This document shows, in pieces, positions 23,999-34,652 of a DNA stretch of 64,000 nt. The stretch spans positions 4,774,001 through 4,838,000 of the forward strand of contig OZ361256.1 in the NCBI GenBank assembly GCA_977018835.1, given 5' to 3'. Position 1 is the first letter of the stretch. The number at the start of each line of letters is the position of its first letter. The stretch comes from Minutocellus sp. GHC0000111 (taxonomy: Eukaryota). Under the pieces are notes generated by a model that was not told the origin of the DNA, did no database searches, and saw nothing but the letters and a program-made list of their open reading frames with translations. Both the position numbers and the translations under genes were made by a program.

Positions 23999-26900
23999 AT
24001 GGCATCCGACTTGCCGGCACGATCACCAGAGTGGTCCGGCAGCGGCAACGTGGGTGCAGACGGCGAGGCGACATCTCCGTACATGGAAGATCAGCTGGAA
24101 GCCAACAACACATCACGTGCCGGTTTTGACCCAAATCATCCGGACGCCTCGGCCTCGACAACGGGAACCAACAAGTCTCCCGATCGCCGACTGGCCAATC
24201 TCCAGAGCGCCCAGCAGCAGCCTTCGATGGTGCAGGGCAGCATGAGCAGCAGCAGCCTGTATCAGGGTGCTTCCAGGAGTAAAATGTCACAAGATTCTTA
24301 CGACGAAACCTCCGCAGGTCTACAGGGCGGTCCTGGCTACATGTCATCTTCAGCAGCAGCCGCCGCAAAAGCTGCAGGCGAATCTGCCATTGGTGCTCGT
24401 CATCATCCAGATGAAAACGCACACCCTTACTTGCACGACGAGGAAGACTCGCGATACTACACCTACAGCACCGATGAAGGCGATGCAGAACCGTCGCCGT
24501 CGACACCTCCCGAACTGGTCGAAGACGCCGCGGCTGCCTTGTTGGTGGCTCAGCAGGCCCAGCACTATTCCACCAGCGGCGGCACAAACTCGTCGAGCGG
24601 CGAGAGGAAAAAGAAGAACCGCCTGTCCATGAAGACTCCGAGAGATGCACCGATATCCACCGTCGTGACGTCCAGCGAAGAGCGGAGGAGGAGGGACGCG
24701 GCCAGTGCCCACTCCTCCCGGAAGGTAGAGAGTGGTAGTGGCAGCGGCAAACGCTCGTCTCCCAACAGCTCAAGCCGACGGAGAAGGCGGAGAAGTCACC
24801 GACGCAGTGGTGGCATCGATCCACGTCCCTCCGTCGAGGAAACCAGCACGTCCGGCACGAGCCATGACGCCTATTTCGATCAGGAGGTGGGCGATCCCCA
24901 CGCGGCTTGGAGCTCGGCCTTTCGACAGGGCCGACCTCAGCATCACCAATACAACCAGGCGCAGCATCGGAACAGCAGACAGCATCACCAGAACCGAAAT
25001 CAGCACCAGCACTACCAGGGCAATGGCACCCATTATCAGATGCCCCAACCCTACCATAATCTGCACCAACAGCCACAGGGTCAATACGTGAACGACGAGC
25101 ACGGCACCGACGACAATGGCATGAGCCCAACACCACCTGGTACGGAATGGCCCGCCGCCTTCCAAGATGCTCGCTACCGAGGGCACGGCTATGACGAATC
25201 TACCGCCGCGGCTGCGGCCGGAGCTGCGGCAGCCGCCGCGGCTGGAGCTGGTACAAGCTACGGAAGCCGAAGCGCCGGAGACGGAGGTTTGTACGGCTCC
25301 CTCGTCCATCCCCTGGCAACGCCAGAGAGTTCTGTCGCTTCTGGTAGTGCAGGCGGCGGTAGCGGATACAACGACCCGCTATCCCCCCCACCGCTCAACC
25401 TCCCGGCGCCAAGGCTGCTCCCTCGAACGTCGAATTCCATGGACGAATCGTCGCCCGAGATGCTCATAAGAGACTTTCAACCAACTAAAATGCAACGGAG
25501 TCCTGCCACCATGGAGACCGGAGATACCGTCCAGATGTCCAATTCCTTCCTTTCCAAGGTGGATGAAGCTGGAGAGGCCGACGATGAAGAGGGCGATGAC
25601 GGGGATTTGGAAGCACAGAACCATAACATCGACGATGCCGATGAAGACGACGAGCACATTGGCCTTCTGCCAGATCATCTGCGTACGTCGCTGCGAGGTG
25701 GCCGTGTCACTATGTCCGGAACGGCTTACCTCCAACAACCTAATAGCCCCATCTCGATGATTACCACCGACACCGGCGGACATTCGTCCGATGGGTCGCT
25801 TTCACCCCTACTGGATCGATCTTCTCGATCTTCCGCTCGTAGTCCCGGCCGTGGAGGCCGAGGTAGAGGTAGGGGGAAGAGCAGAGGAGGACGAGATAGT
25901 CGAACGGGCAGTCGAAGGAGCAGTCAAGGAGATGCGCAGCCATCATCATCGCTGTTACCATCGCACTACGTGCCCGGTACCAAGTCGTCCTACGGTAGTA
26001 CGGCCGGTGGGGGCCCCCGCTCTCCTCAGGAGCTGTATCAGGACCCACCAAGTTTGGCAAAAGCCGGATCCCACCCCTCGGCGTCATCAACCGCTCACAT
26101 GTCAAAGAAGGCTCTCCGACGTCACCGACGAAAGAAGGAGGAAGCCGAGGCTCGAGAGCACGCTGTTCGAGCGATCAGAGGTGTTGAGCAGCCACCATCG
26201 TCGGCATCGTCCGATCGCATATGGGCAATACTGTTTTTGATTCAGCTTGTCGCTGTGATCACAGTTGCCTTTACGCTCGGACCGAGTGCCGTCATGAGTG
26301 ATGATGCCACCACTGCCATTGCGTCCAACTCATCCGGTCAACGGCTCAGCACAAAGCTTCCAGCGGATGATCCAGGCCTATTCGATGATGATGTCGTGAT
26401 TTCCAAGACTGTACCAGCCACAGACGACTACACCTACCTTGTCCCGCCAGTTTACGACGATGAGACAGCCATAACTTCCAACGGCAATGGTGCCAAGCCC
26501 ACACAGGACCCCCTGTACAGCCAAGATGATGGTAGTGCATCGAGTCCAACGAGTTCGGTCATTCTCATAACCGACTCGATTAGTGATGGCTGGTCGAAGA
26601 TCCAGGTCGATTATCGCAACGCTCTGCAGATATGCTGCATTACCGGTCTCTATGCCGCAGCTTTGACATCTCTGACTATTGGGTTCATGATGATCCTGGC
26701 CAAATCTTTGATCCAGACTGCTCTCATTTTTACGATACTCATCTGCTTTGCATGGGGAACTGTTGGTATTGTTCTCAGCCCGTACAGCTTTGTACCAATC
26801 CTTGGCTTTATTGCCCTGGGACTTTCACTGGGATATGCCGTCGTTATTTGGGATGCTATTCCCTTTTGGGCTTGTAATTTGTGCACAGCTCTTACTGGCG

Positions 26901-27940
26901 TCAGATGTGTTGCCGATACCCTGCTTCTTGGCTTCATCATGCTCGTTGTGACATTTTTCATGTGCATCATCTGGGGTTTTGCCTTCATCGGCACTTATGA
27001 TAATCTCAGCGACGGAAGCGAGACGATGTCTTGGCTACCTGGTACCAACGGCTTGGTTCTGAGCCTTTTGGTTGTTTCCATGTTCTGGACCTACAATGTG
27101 TTTACTGGTATCATTCAAGCTGTCGTCGGAGGATCAATCGGGAACTGGTGGTATGAACCTGAATCTGTCAACGCTTGTTGCTCCAACGCGTCCCGTGCTC
27201 CCCTTGTCCGAGCACTGACGTCGTCGTTCGGTTCCATCTGCTGTGGCAGTCTTCTCGTCAAGCCCATCCAGTTCTTCAAGAATCTCATGGCCATATGCTG
27301 TTTCGCAAACAACAGCAGTGGCGTTCTGCACAATCCCAAGCAGCACCATCGCGAGAAGAGTAGCAAGGAGGATCGAGGAGGAAGGAAACGACGTTCCAGT
27401 GTCCGTCATCGACCCCAGGCGGCCGAGCCTGCTTCGTCGGGATGCTGTGGCCCTTGCGGACGGATGAGGCGATATTTCCTTCGTGCTCTTGATTCGCTCT
27501 GCAAAATTTTCAACCATTGGGCCTTCGTCAACATTGGTCTTTACAACTACAATTTTTGGGATTCGGGCAAAAAGGCTAGTGCCCTCTTCAATACCAGAGG
27601 TTGGACTGGCATTGTTTCCAATCGCGTCGTCCACAACGTTCTATTCATGACCAGCATCGTCATTGGACTATGTACCGGACTCTTTGGTCTGATCGTCGAA
27701 GAGTTCGATGGTTACGAATTCACAAGCTTCAACAAGCCCACCGCTACAGCATTTGTCATTGGCTCCCTCATCGGTATGGCTCTTTCCGGCGTCATGCTCA
27801 GTGTTTTGGGCAGTGCCACAAATGCCGTCCTCGTATGCTTCGCTGCTGGCAATGTCGAGTTCAGCCGAATCCATCCCCAGCTAAGCAACGAAATGCGAGA
27901 ATCATGGGCCACTGTTTGGACTGGCTACTTTGTAGACTGA
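23999..27940 (+). CDS. Second choline transporter-like (CTL/SLC44/PNS1) protein with a ~730-aa disordered N-terminus
   Basis: 1313-aa ORF with DRIWAILF, SFGSICCGSLLV and FNHWAFVNIGLY, plus multiple TM helices. Confidence 0.85.
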   Translation: MASDLPARSPEWSGSGNVGADGEATSPYMEDQLEANNTSRAGFDPNHPDASASTTGTNKSPDRRLANLQSAQQQPSMVQGSMSSSSLYQGASRSKMSQDSYDETSAGLQGGPGYMSSSAAAAAKAAGESAIGARHHPDENAHPYLHDEEDSRYYTYSTDEGDAEPSPSTPPELVEDAAAALLVAQQAQHYSTSGGTNSSSGERKKKNRLSMKTPRDAPISTVVTSSEERRRRDAASAHSSRKVESGSGSGKRSSPNSSSRRRRRRSHRRSGGIDPRPSVEETSTSGTSHDAYFDQEVGDPHAAWSSAFRQGRPQHHQYNQAQHRNSRQHHQNRNQHQHYQGNGTHYQMPQPYHNLHQQPQGQYVNDEHGTDDNGMSPTPPGTEWPAAFQDARYRGHGYDESTAAAAAGAAAAAAAGAGTSYGSRSAGDGGLYGSLVHPLATPESSVASGSAGGGSGYNDPLSPPPLNLPAPRLLPRTSNSMDESSPEMLIRDFQPTKMQRSPATMETGDTVQMSNSFLSKVDEAGEADDEEGDDGDLEAQNHNIDDADEDDEHIGLLPDHLRTSLRGGRVTMSGTAYLQQPNSPISMITTDTGGHSSDGSLSPLLDRSSRSSARSPGRGGRGRGRGKSRGGRDSRTGSRRSSQGDAQPSSSLLPSHYVPGTKSSYGSTAGGGPRSPQELYQDPPSLAKAGSHPSASSTAHMSKKALRRHRRKKEEAEAREHAVRAIRGVEQPPSSASSDRIWAILFLIQLVAVITVAFTLGPSAVMSDDATTAIASNSSGQRLSTKLPADDPGLFDDDVVISKTVPATDDYTYLVPPVYDDETAITSNGNGAKPTQDPLYSQDDGSASSPTSSVILITDSISDGWSKIQVDYRNALQICCITGLYAAALTSLTIGFMMILAKSLIQTALIFTILICFAWGTVGIVLSPYSFVPILGFIALGLSLGYAVVIWDAIPFWACNLCTALTGVRCVADTLLLGFIMLVVTFFMCIIWGFAFIGTYDNLSDGSETMSWLPGTNGLVLSLLVVSMFWTYNVFTGIIQAVVGGSIGNWWYEPESVNACCSNASRAPLVRALTSSFGSICCGSLLVKPIQFFKNLMAICCFANNSSGVLHNPKQHHREKSSKEDRGGRKRRSSVRHRPQAAEPASSGCCGPCGRMRRYFLRALDSLCKIFNHWAFVNIGLYNYNFWDSGKKASALFNTRGWTGIVSNRVVHNVLFMTSIVIGLCTGLFGLIVEEFDGYEFTSFNKPTATAFVIGSLIGMALSGVMLSVLGSATNAVLVCFAAGNVEFSRIHPQLSNEMRESWATVWTGYFVD

Positions 27941-28691
27941 GAGAGCTTTGGGTGCAGCAGCAGCATTGAGCTCATCACACGCAATTCGTCGGAGGACCCT
28001 CCCCTCCGCCCAGCGCCGCCCCTTCCTTCTACTCGGCTTCATGGCTTCTTCTTCTTATTCATTCATTATTTGTACACCAAAAACACACCGTTATTCATGT
28101 TTATTTTTGTTACATGTCCGCGCATAAGCCGTCTTGCCATCTCTAAGAAATGGAACAAGATCTATCGAACGCATTATCAGACAATAACAACCTGCATATT
28201 CTCTATCAATCCAGCTCAGATGCTCGGACGGACGGATGGTGACTGACGACCTGACTCGGTCGGAGGAACCAGCCAACCTGCAGCTTGGCTTCACGGTCTC
28301 GATCGCTATCCATCTATCGACTATCTATTTGTTTCAATAGCTAGCAATCCCCTGTTTAACTATAAATTCAGCTACGCTAATCGTCGGCCAGATTTCCAAT
28401 TCTTTAGATATTCTAGACCTTTCCGGGAGGTTGAACGTTGGTTTCTCCTTCGCGCCGCGCGCGCTGTGGCATGCTGTGATCAAAATAGACAAACTCGACT
28501 CAATCATAACAGTACTTCGCCCTGATCTGGGATACTAGGCCTACCTAGGTACGTACGTAGCTACGTAGTATCTCTCAATCGAACAAGTCTGAATTAAAAC
28601 GGGACCAGAAACACGTATGTGGCCAACCCCTCGGCTTCGTCAAGCATGTTCGTCACGCGGCTACATTCCGTCTTCTTCAATAATAGCAACC

Positions 28692-29680
28692 ATGGTCAAG
28701 TGCGCTGCCCTCCTCGCTGCCCTCGCCGGCTCCGCCGCCGCCTTCGCCCCGGCCCAGGTCCCCGCCGCCCGTTCGGCCGTCAGCCTCAACATGGCCGAGG
28801 CCGCCGACGAGCTCTACATCGACCAGGACCGTCGTAACCTCATGAACCTTATCCTCGTCGGCTCTGCCGCCGTTACCGTCGGTGGACTTGCCGTCCCCTA
28901 CATCGCCTTCTTCGTCCCCCCGGGCGCCGGTGGCGGAGCTGGCGGCGTCCCCGCCAAGAACGCCCTTGGTGATGACCTTTACGCCAAGGACTACCTTGCC
29001 GAGAAGCCCGCCGGTGACCGCTCCCTCGCCCAGGGCCTCAAGGGAGATGCCACGTGAGTTTTCGATTTCCCCGATATTCCGGACGGGTTCGCGGTACAAA
29101 ATCTACATAGAGGCTACGTGCGGGACAGAATGGGGGTTTCCCATCTTTGGTTGGCTTGCAGGACTTGTTTTGATGGGTCGAATTGGTTGGCGGCGAAACA
29201 TGCGGAGCATACAATGTTCGATGTCGGCGCGCCGTAGACACCACAAGCAACGACACATTACGATGGAAGGCACGCTGCTTTCGTGCCTGAGCACTTCGAT
29301 ATTTTGGAGACACGTGATGTGCTCTTTCTTATTTCTCCGATACCGCACGCTGGAATGCTCACTTTCTCTCTGTTTCCCGCCCTTCTTCCATCCAAACCCA
29401 AAGCTACCTTATCGTCAAGGACGACAAGACCCTTGAGTCCTACGGCCTCAACGCCGTCTGCACCCACCTTGGCTGCGTCGTCCCGTGGTCCGCTGCCAAC
29501 AACAAGTTCATGTGCCCCTGCCACGGATCCCAGTACGCCCCCACCGGTGCCGTCGTCCGCGGTCCCGCCCCCCTTCCCCTCGCCCTTGCCCACTGCGACG
29601 TCGCCGAGGATGGCAAGATCATGTTCTCCCCCTGGACCGAGACCGACTTCCGTACCGACGGAAAAGGCTGGTGGAACTAA
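28692..29680 (+). CDS. petC: Cytochrome b6f Rieske iron-sulfur subunit, nucleus-encoded with a bipartite plastid leader
   Basis: Leader GSAAA-FAP. Intron at 29054-29403. Rieske motifs CTHLGC and CPCHGS. Stop codon at 29678-29680. Confidence 0.97.
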
Positions 29681-30110
29681 GCAGTATACTACTATCGAAA
29701 AAAGTGAGCTTAACCTCATTCGGCAATGCTGCTTGACCGAAGCTGTAAAAACGAAGAATGCATTTTTCACCTGGCCGTGCTGGCGAGCTATGCAAAGGAG
29801 TGCCAACACTGTTATGTGCATAGGGAATAGACGTGAATTTTCGTGGCTAAATAATGTAGTGTACGATTAGCCCCAAAACCTTTCTGTGTGTGTGCGTGCG
29901 TGTTCTGCTTTTAGCAATTCCTACTAGTTGATGCCCTGCAGACGAGTCCATCTCTCCTGCCTTTAAGTCAGAATGGCGAAATCGAATGGTGACAAGCATA
30001 TATCTGACATAATCGCCAGCGGTCACTATGCCGACGTCGACATTTCGCTTTTGGTCTACAGATAAATAAATGCATGCATCATTGCACATCGTTATCGGCA
30101 CCGATACTTG

Positions 30111-30158
30111 CGCCGTCATCTCACCCCTTCTCACCGCCCTCATCTCACCCCTTCTCAC
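30111..30158. repeat. 24-bp tandem duplication
   Basis: cgccgtcatctcaccccttctcac followed by cgccctcatctcaccccttctcac. Confidence 0.8.
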
Positions 30159-30391
30159 TTGCGGAGATAGACTGGGAAGCGAGTGAAATGATGAAATATT
30201 TCAAGGGCCTTGGATATTCTACGCATATGTGTGTCTGATAGTCAAAGATTTGAATGCGTTTCTCTCTTTTTGCTATTAAAAGTACAAATCCATATTGGCA
30301 TTCCATTGAAGAGATAACTATGCGTCGAATACTCGTATGTACAGCAATAGCCCCGTTCTATATTGTTATGTTTTTATCCCTTCCAACCCCA

Positions 30392-30733
30392 CTACGACGT
30401 ATCCAGGTTCTCACCCAGCCGTTCTACGTTGGTAAAGACATTCTCGTCCATCCATGCTTCAACCTTGCGCAGTACCTCCTCCTTGGCACTCTCCTTGATG
30501 AGAAGATGGGTCGCATCCAGATCCTCGACGATAAAACTCTTATCCGCTCTCTTGGTTTCGTTCAGATGCTTGATAAATTGCTTGGCCGGTGGATCGCACG
30601 TTAACAAATATCCCGCCGAAGGCAGATCTGACTTGGTGGATGTACCCGACGAAACCGAGGCGCCACTAGCGCTCCCCCCGGCTGAGGATTTCCCGGCCTT
30701 CGGTGATTTGGACCGTGCTTTCCCTCTCGGCAT
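30392..30733 (-). CDS. TFB5: TFIIH subunit p8/TTDA
   Basis: GYLLTCDPPAKQFI...FIVEDLDATHLLI matches the Tfb5/GTF2H5 pattern. Confidence 0.88.
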   Translation of the reverse strand: MPRGKARSKSPKAGKSSAGGSASGASVSSGTSTKSDLPSAGYLLTCDPPAKQFIKHLNETKRADKSFIVEDLDATHLLIKESAKEEVLRKVEAWMDENVFTNVERLGENLDTS

Positions 30734-31104
30734 GATGACCGTAGCGCTCGTTTTGAGTCAAGTTTCTGTCGCAATGATTAGCTAACGAGACGACCCTTTC
30801 TCGCAGGGAGTATTAGGGAAATATTGAATAAGCGGAATGAGCTGGAGAGCGCGCAGAAGGCCACTATTATTACTCGTATTGCCTTCAAATATCTGGTCAA
30901 CTCTCATCAAAGCCGCCATAATATTGCAGTTCGTGCCTACTACGTAGCAAGTACGGCTACGTACGACATTTGAGCTCATATCCTGTTTTCTGATCAGCTC
31001 GGCCGGAACCAAGCAAGCAAGAAGCACAACAAATCGCAACAAACGTCAGTGATTAGTTGCTAACGGCGGTTCATTGTAGATCCAATTGGCCATTCTCCTA
31101 AACC

Positions 31105-32484
31105 ATGAATCAGTTGCGCTGCCTCCTTCTGGCGCTGCTCATTGCCAGCACAAAGTCTAGCCCCTTCGGTAGATTCGGTGTTCGTCTCGCGAAAAATCAG
31201 CCAGGTCGGACATCAGCACCAACACCACTTGCACATCAAAAGTTTTTGAATCGTCAGCCATCAGATGAGAGCAGCAAGAAGCACATTCTTCGAGGGGGTG
31301 CGGAGAGTGCACGTGGTGGATCGACTGTTGCCCTCAAGACCATGACTTCTAGCCAAATGAAGATGTTCAAGTACGTACCATCTCTCAACACATGTTGACA
31401 TTTCAACCTTGGAATCTAATGAATCAATTTGCAAAAGCAATTGCATCTCGGAATTCAATTGGAATTGCACGGGAGATATGCTTGAATTCGTGTTTAGATT
31501 TGATTGACGATAAAGATCTTACGACTCATTTATTCGCCCTCTCTCTTTTTCATTTGTTATCGCTTTGGCAGTCTCTTCTTGGGTGGCATCGCTGGTACAA
31601 TTGCATCATGCATAACCAATCCACTCGAAGTTGTCAAGACACAGCTGCAATCGTCATCGACATCGGCTGCTGCGCATGGCGATATGGCAGCGGCGGCTGG
31701 TCATCCTGTTGCCATTGCTCAAAGAATTATGGAGAAGGATGGTATTTTCGGCTTCTTCCGCGGATTGCGACCGACCCTCATTGGCATCATCCCCGCGCGA
31801 TCGGCCTACTTTTATGCATACGAGCAATCCAAGCGTGCCCTGGGACCTCTTTTGCCCGAGGGCAGTGTTGGCAATGCCCTTATTTCTGGTCTTTCGGCTG
31901 GTATCGCTGGCAATACCCTTACCAATCCTATTTGGCTCGTCAAAACTCGCATGCAGCTTCTTGCTGATGCCTCGGCTGGTCAGAGACAGTACACGTCGTA
32001 CACCGATGTCATTCAGAGCATCTATCGGGAAGAAGGCATCGGTGGATTCTATAAGGGCATGGCGGCCAGTTACTGGGGCTGTACCGAGGGCGCTATTCAA
32101 TTCATCTTGTACGAAAAGATCAAGGGCAGGCTGTTGGATCAGCAGAATGCTCGACGCCTCCAGCACGGATTGGAACCTACGGACAAATTGCCCAAGCTGA
32201 CGTACTTTTGCTCGGCGGCGGTGGCCAAGGGAGTTGCTGCCATGGCAACCTACCCGCACGAGGTAGCTCGTACTCGTCTTCGTGAACAGGCGAGAGATGG
32301 TGTGTTCAAGTACACAGGAATGTGGCAAACGATTGGCCTTATCGGAAAGGAGGAGGGACGGAAAGGTCTGTACGGTGGCATGGGCGTTCATCTTGCCAAG
32401 GTAGTACCAAACTCTGCCATCATGTTCTTGACATATGAGGTCGTCAATTCTTGGCTCTCTGATTTCACTGTTGTTGATAGATAG
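31105..32484 (+). CDS. Mitochondrial carrier family protein (Rim2/SLC25A33/36-like pyrimidine nucleotide carrier) with an N-terminal signal-peptide leader
   Basis: Intron at 31371-31571 joins the leader in frame. Three carrier repeats: PLEVVKTQLQ, PIWLVKTRMQ and PHEVARTRLRE. Confidence 0.85.
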
Positions 32485-32815
32485 GGTGTTGCATGATTCA
32501 ATTATCAACTAGAGTCCAACTTATTTCATGAAAAAAAACAAGGCATAATCGGAACAGGAACATGATGAGGCGAGGTCAATTTTCATGGCTTTTGCCATCA
32601 GCAATGGACAATGAGATCTGCATGAAATGGCTAGCATATCATAGTATCGCGTGTAAAGTAGTCAACAAAAGATTGTACGTATCAATATTGATGGATGAGA
32701 AGGTGCAGCTGTTTTCCAAGCTAGCGGGAAGCCACTGAGTGACAGGTCAGGAAAGTCAGGTAGAAATTGCCATGAAATCGCGACTTCCACGCGTAACCTA
32801 CGAGCGCATTGCATC

Positions 32816-34546
32816 ATGGTCGTCTGCGACAGATCGACCGCGCCCCCCACTGCTGCCTCGCATTCCGGCCAGATGACTGGCGATCAGCAGCTGTCTTGCT
32901 CCCTTGCTATTGTTGTGGCGGCTGTAGCTGCTATCTTTTGCCCTTTGTTCACGATGGCAGCAGCCGCTGCGGTCGGAGCCGGATACGGAGAAAGCAGGGG
33001 CAACGCAAAGGACGAGGATACGTGTACCAAGGGCGACAAGAATGAGAGTCCATCGGTACCATTCTTTTACGTCCCTCCCATGAAAACCAATTGTCAAGAT
33101 ACCCTCTCGGCAGAACCGCCATTTGGTGATCTGCTCAAGTCTTTGGACAAATATCATCTGGACACGTCGTCGTTCTTGGCATCCCTGACGAGGCAACACG
33201 AAGTGGCCAGAAGAAGTGAGTGGATAATTTATGGCAAGCAAGGCGACACGCTGGAAAATTCTCTTCTGGCAGCAGCGTACCGAGACAAGATTGGTCGGAT
33301 TGCTGAGTGTCTAGAGAGTGACTATGCAGTACTTGAAGATCTGATGAAGCCGTTTGAAGTGACGATGGGCTTGCCATCACCACAAGGCGAGACAGTAGTC
33401 GATGGCATTTCGAATGACGATAATGACAAAGATCGAAGTCACAGTCAAATGTGCATTGACAACGAAGGCACAGAAGAACTGCGCTACACTGCGATGCCAG
33501 GTCGAAGGAGAGGCAATGATGATGATGGGAGTTCCTATGACTCGGCTGCACAAATAGTGACTCATGTGGTACGTGATTGGAGCGCGCAAGGACAAACGAT
33601 ACGGCAGTCTTTGTACAGCTGGTGCGTGGACATGGTGGACAAATATCATTTCAAAGATAACAAGCGGATTGATCTGCCTATACTTGTTCCTGGTTCTGGT
33701 CTTGGACGACTTGCTTATGAGCTATCAGCTGAGGGATATGCAGTGGAAGCAAGTGATGTGTCGATTTCGATGGTCGCAGTTGCCGAAAAGCTGTTGAACG
33801 GCCACGTAGCGGCAAAAAGCAAGAATCTTCATCCATTCAGTTTTGATTTTTTCGTCAACGAAGTTGACTCAGATTCGAGATATGATTCCATCACATTTCC
33901 AGATATAGACATCTCACCGGGAAAAAGGCTGTCTTATACACTGGGGGATTTTGTGACGACGTACGGATCAACACAACGCAGAGAAAAATGTGGAGCTGTT
34001 GTGAGTTGCTTCTTCATTGATACTGCAACAAAAATTTACGAACACCTGGCCGTCATAAGCTCAGCCTTGTGCTCAGAAGGACAATGGGTCAATGTCGGCC
34101 CAGTCCAGTGGCATCAAAATGCACTTGTCCAGCCATCCGGTCTTGAGCTGAAAATGCTTATTCAAGGGTTTGGATTCGAGATTTTGACTTGGTCTGTTGA
34201 TACCGAAGGCGTCAATTATCGACACGACGAGGACCATAGATCAAGATACACAAAGGCAGAGGCATATTTGCCCATTAGATTTGTCGCTCGGAAACAACAT
34301 ACAGGAGCGAATGGCCATCGAAATGTAGCGCAAGTGATGCGAGACTTACGTGAAATGACTGCGGTAGATCATAGAATAAGTACGGCTTATGCGAGTAGTG
34401 TTGCAAAAGAACAAACAGAAGGGAGTGATAGCAACACATTTCTCAAAGAGCATAAGAGGGGCGAAGAAAAAGCAAACGGAGAAGGAGGATTTGTACTTGT
34501 AGACAGAGATGACGGTGGGACGAGTGTAACGATAGAAGAGCTATAG
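32816..34546 (+). CDS. Carnosine N-methyltransferase-like (N2227 family) SAM-dependent methyltransferase
   Basis: Motifs VVRDWS, ILVPGSGLGRLAYEL, CFFIDTA and WVNVGP. Confidence 0.82.
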   Translation: MVVCDRSTAPPTAASHSGQMTGDQQLSCSLAIVVAAVAAIFCPLFTMAAAAAVGAGYGESRGNAKDEDTCTKGDKNESPSVPFFYVPPMKTNCQDTLSAEPPFGDLLKSLDKYHLDTSSFLASLTRQHEVARRSEWIIYGKQGDTLENSLLAAAYRDKIGRIAECLESDYAVLEDLMKPFEVTMGLPSPQGETVVDGISNDDNDKDRSHSQMCIDNEGTEELRYTAMPGRRRGNDDDGSSYDSAAQIVTHVVRDWSAQGQTIRQSLYSWCVDMVDKYHFKDNKRIDLPILVPGSGLGRLAYELSAEGYAVEASDVSISMVAVAEKLLNGHVAAKSKNLHPFSFDFFVNEVDSDSRYDSITFPDIDISPGKRLSYTLGDFVTTYGSTQRREKCGAVVSCFFIDTATKIYEHLAVISSALCSEGQWVNVGPVQWHQNALVQPSGLELKMLIQGFGFEILTWSVDTEGVNYRHDEDHRSRYTKAEAYLPIRFVARKQHTGANGHRNVAQVMRDLREMTAVDHRISTAYASSVAKEQTEGSDSNTFLKEHKRGEEKANGEGGFVLVDRDDGGTSVTIEEL

Positions 34547-34652
34547 TCTTGCATCTATGAGTAGATTGAATGCGGCGTGCACTAGAATATCGCCGGTCGC
34601 TCCCTGGACGCGACGTGCTCGACTTCTTTGCGCCAATTGCCCAATTGACCAT

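Noticed and set aside
28692..29680. GC-rich petC as a foreign insertion
   Set aside because: C-ending codon bias is typical of highly expressed genes, and the intron and bipartite leader show a native nuclear gene.
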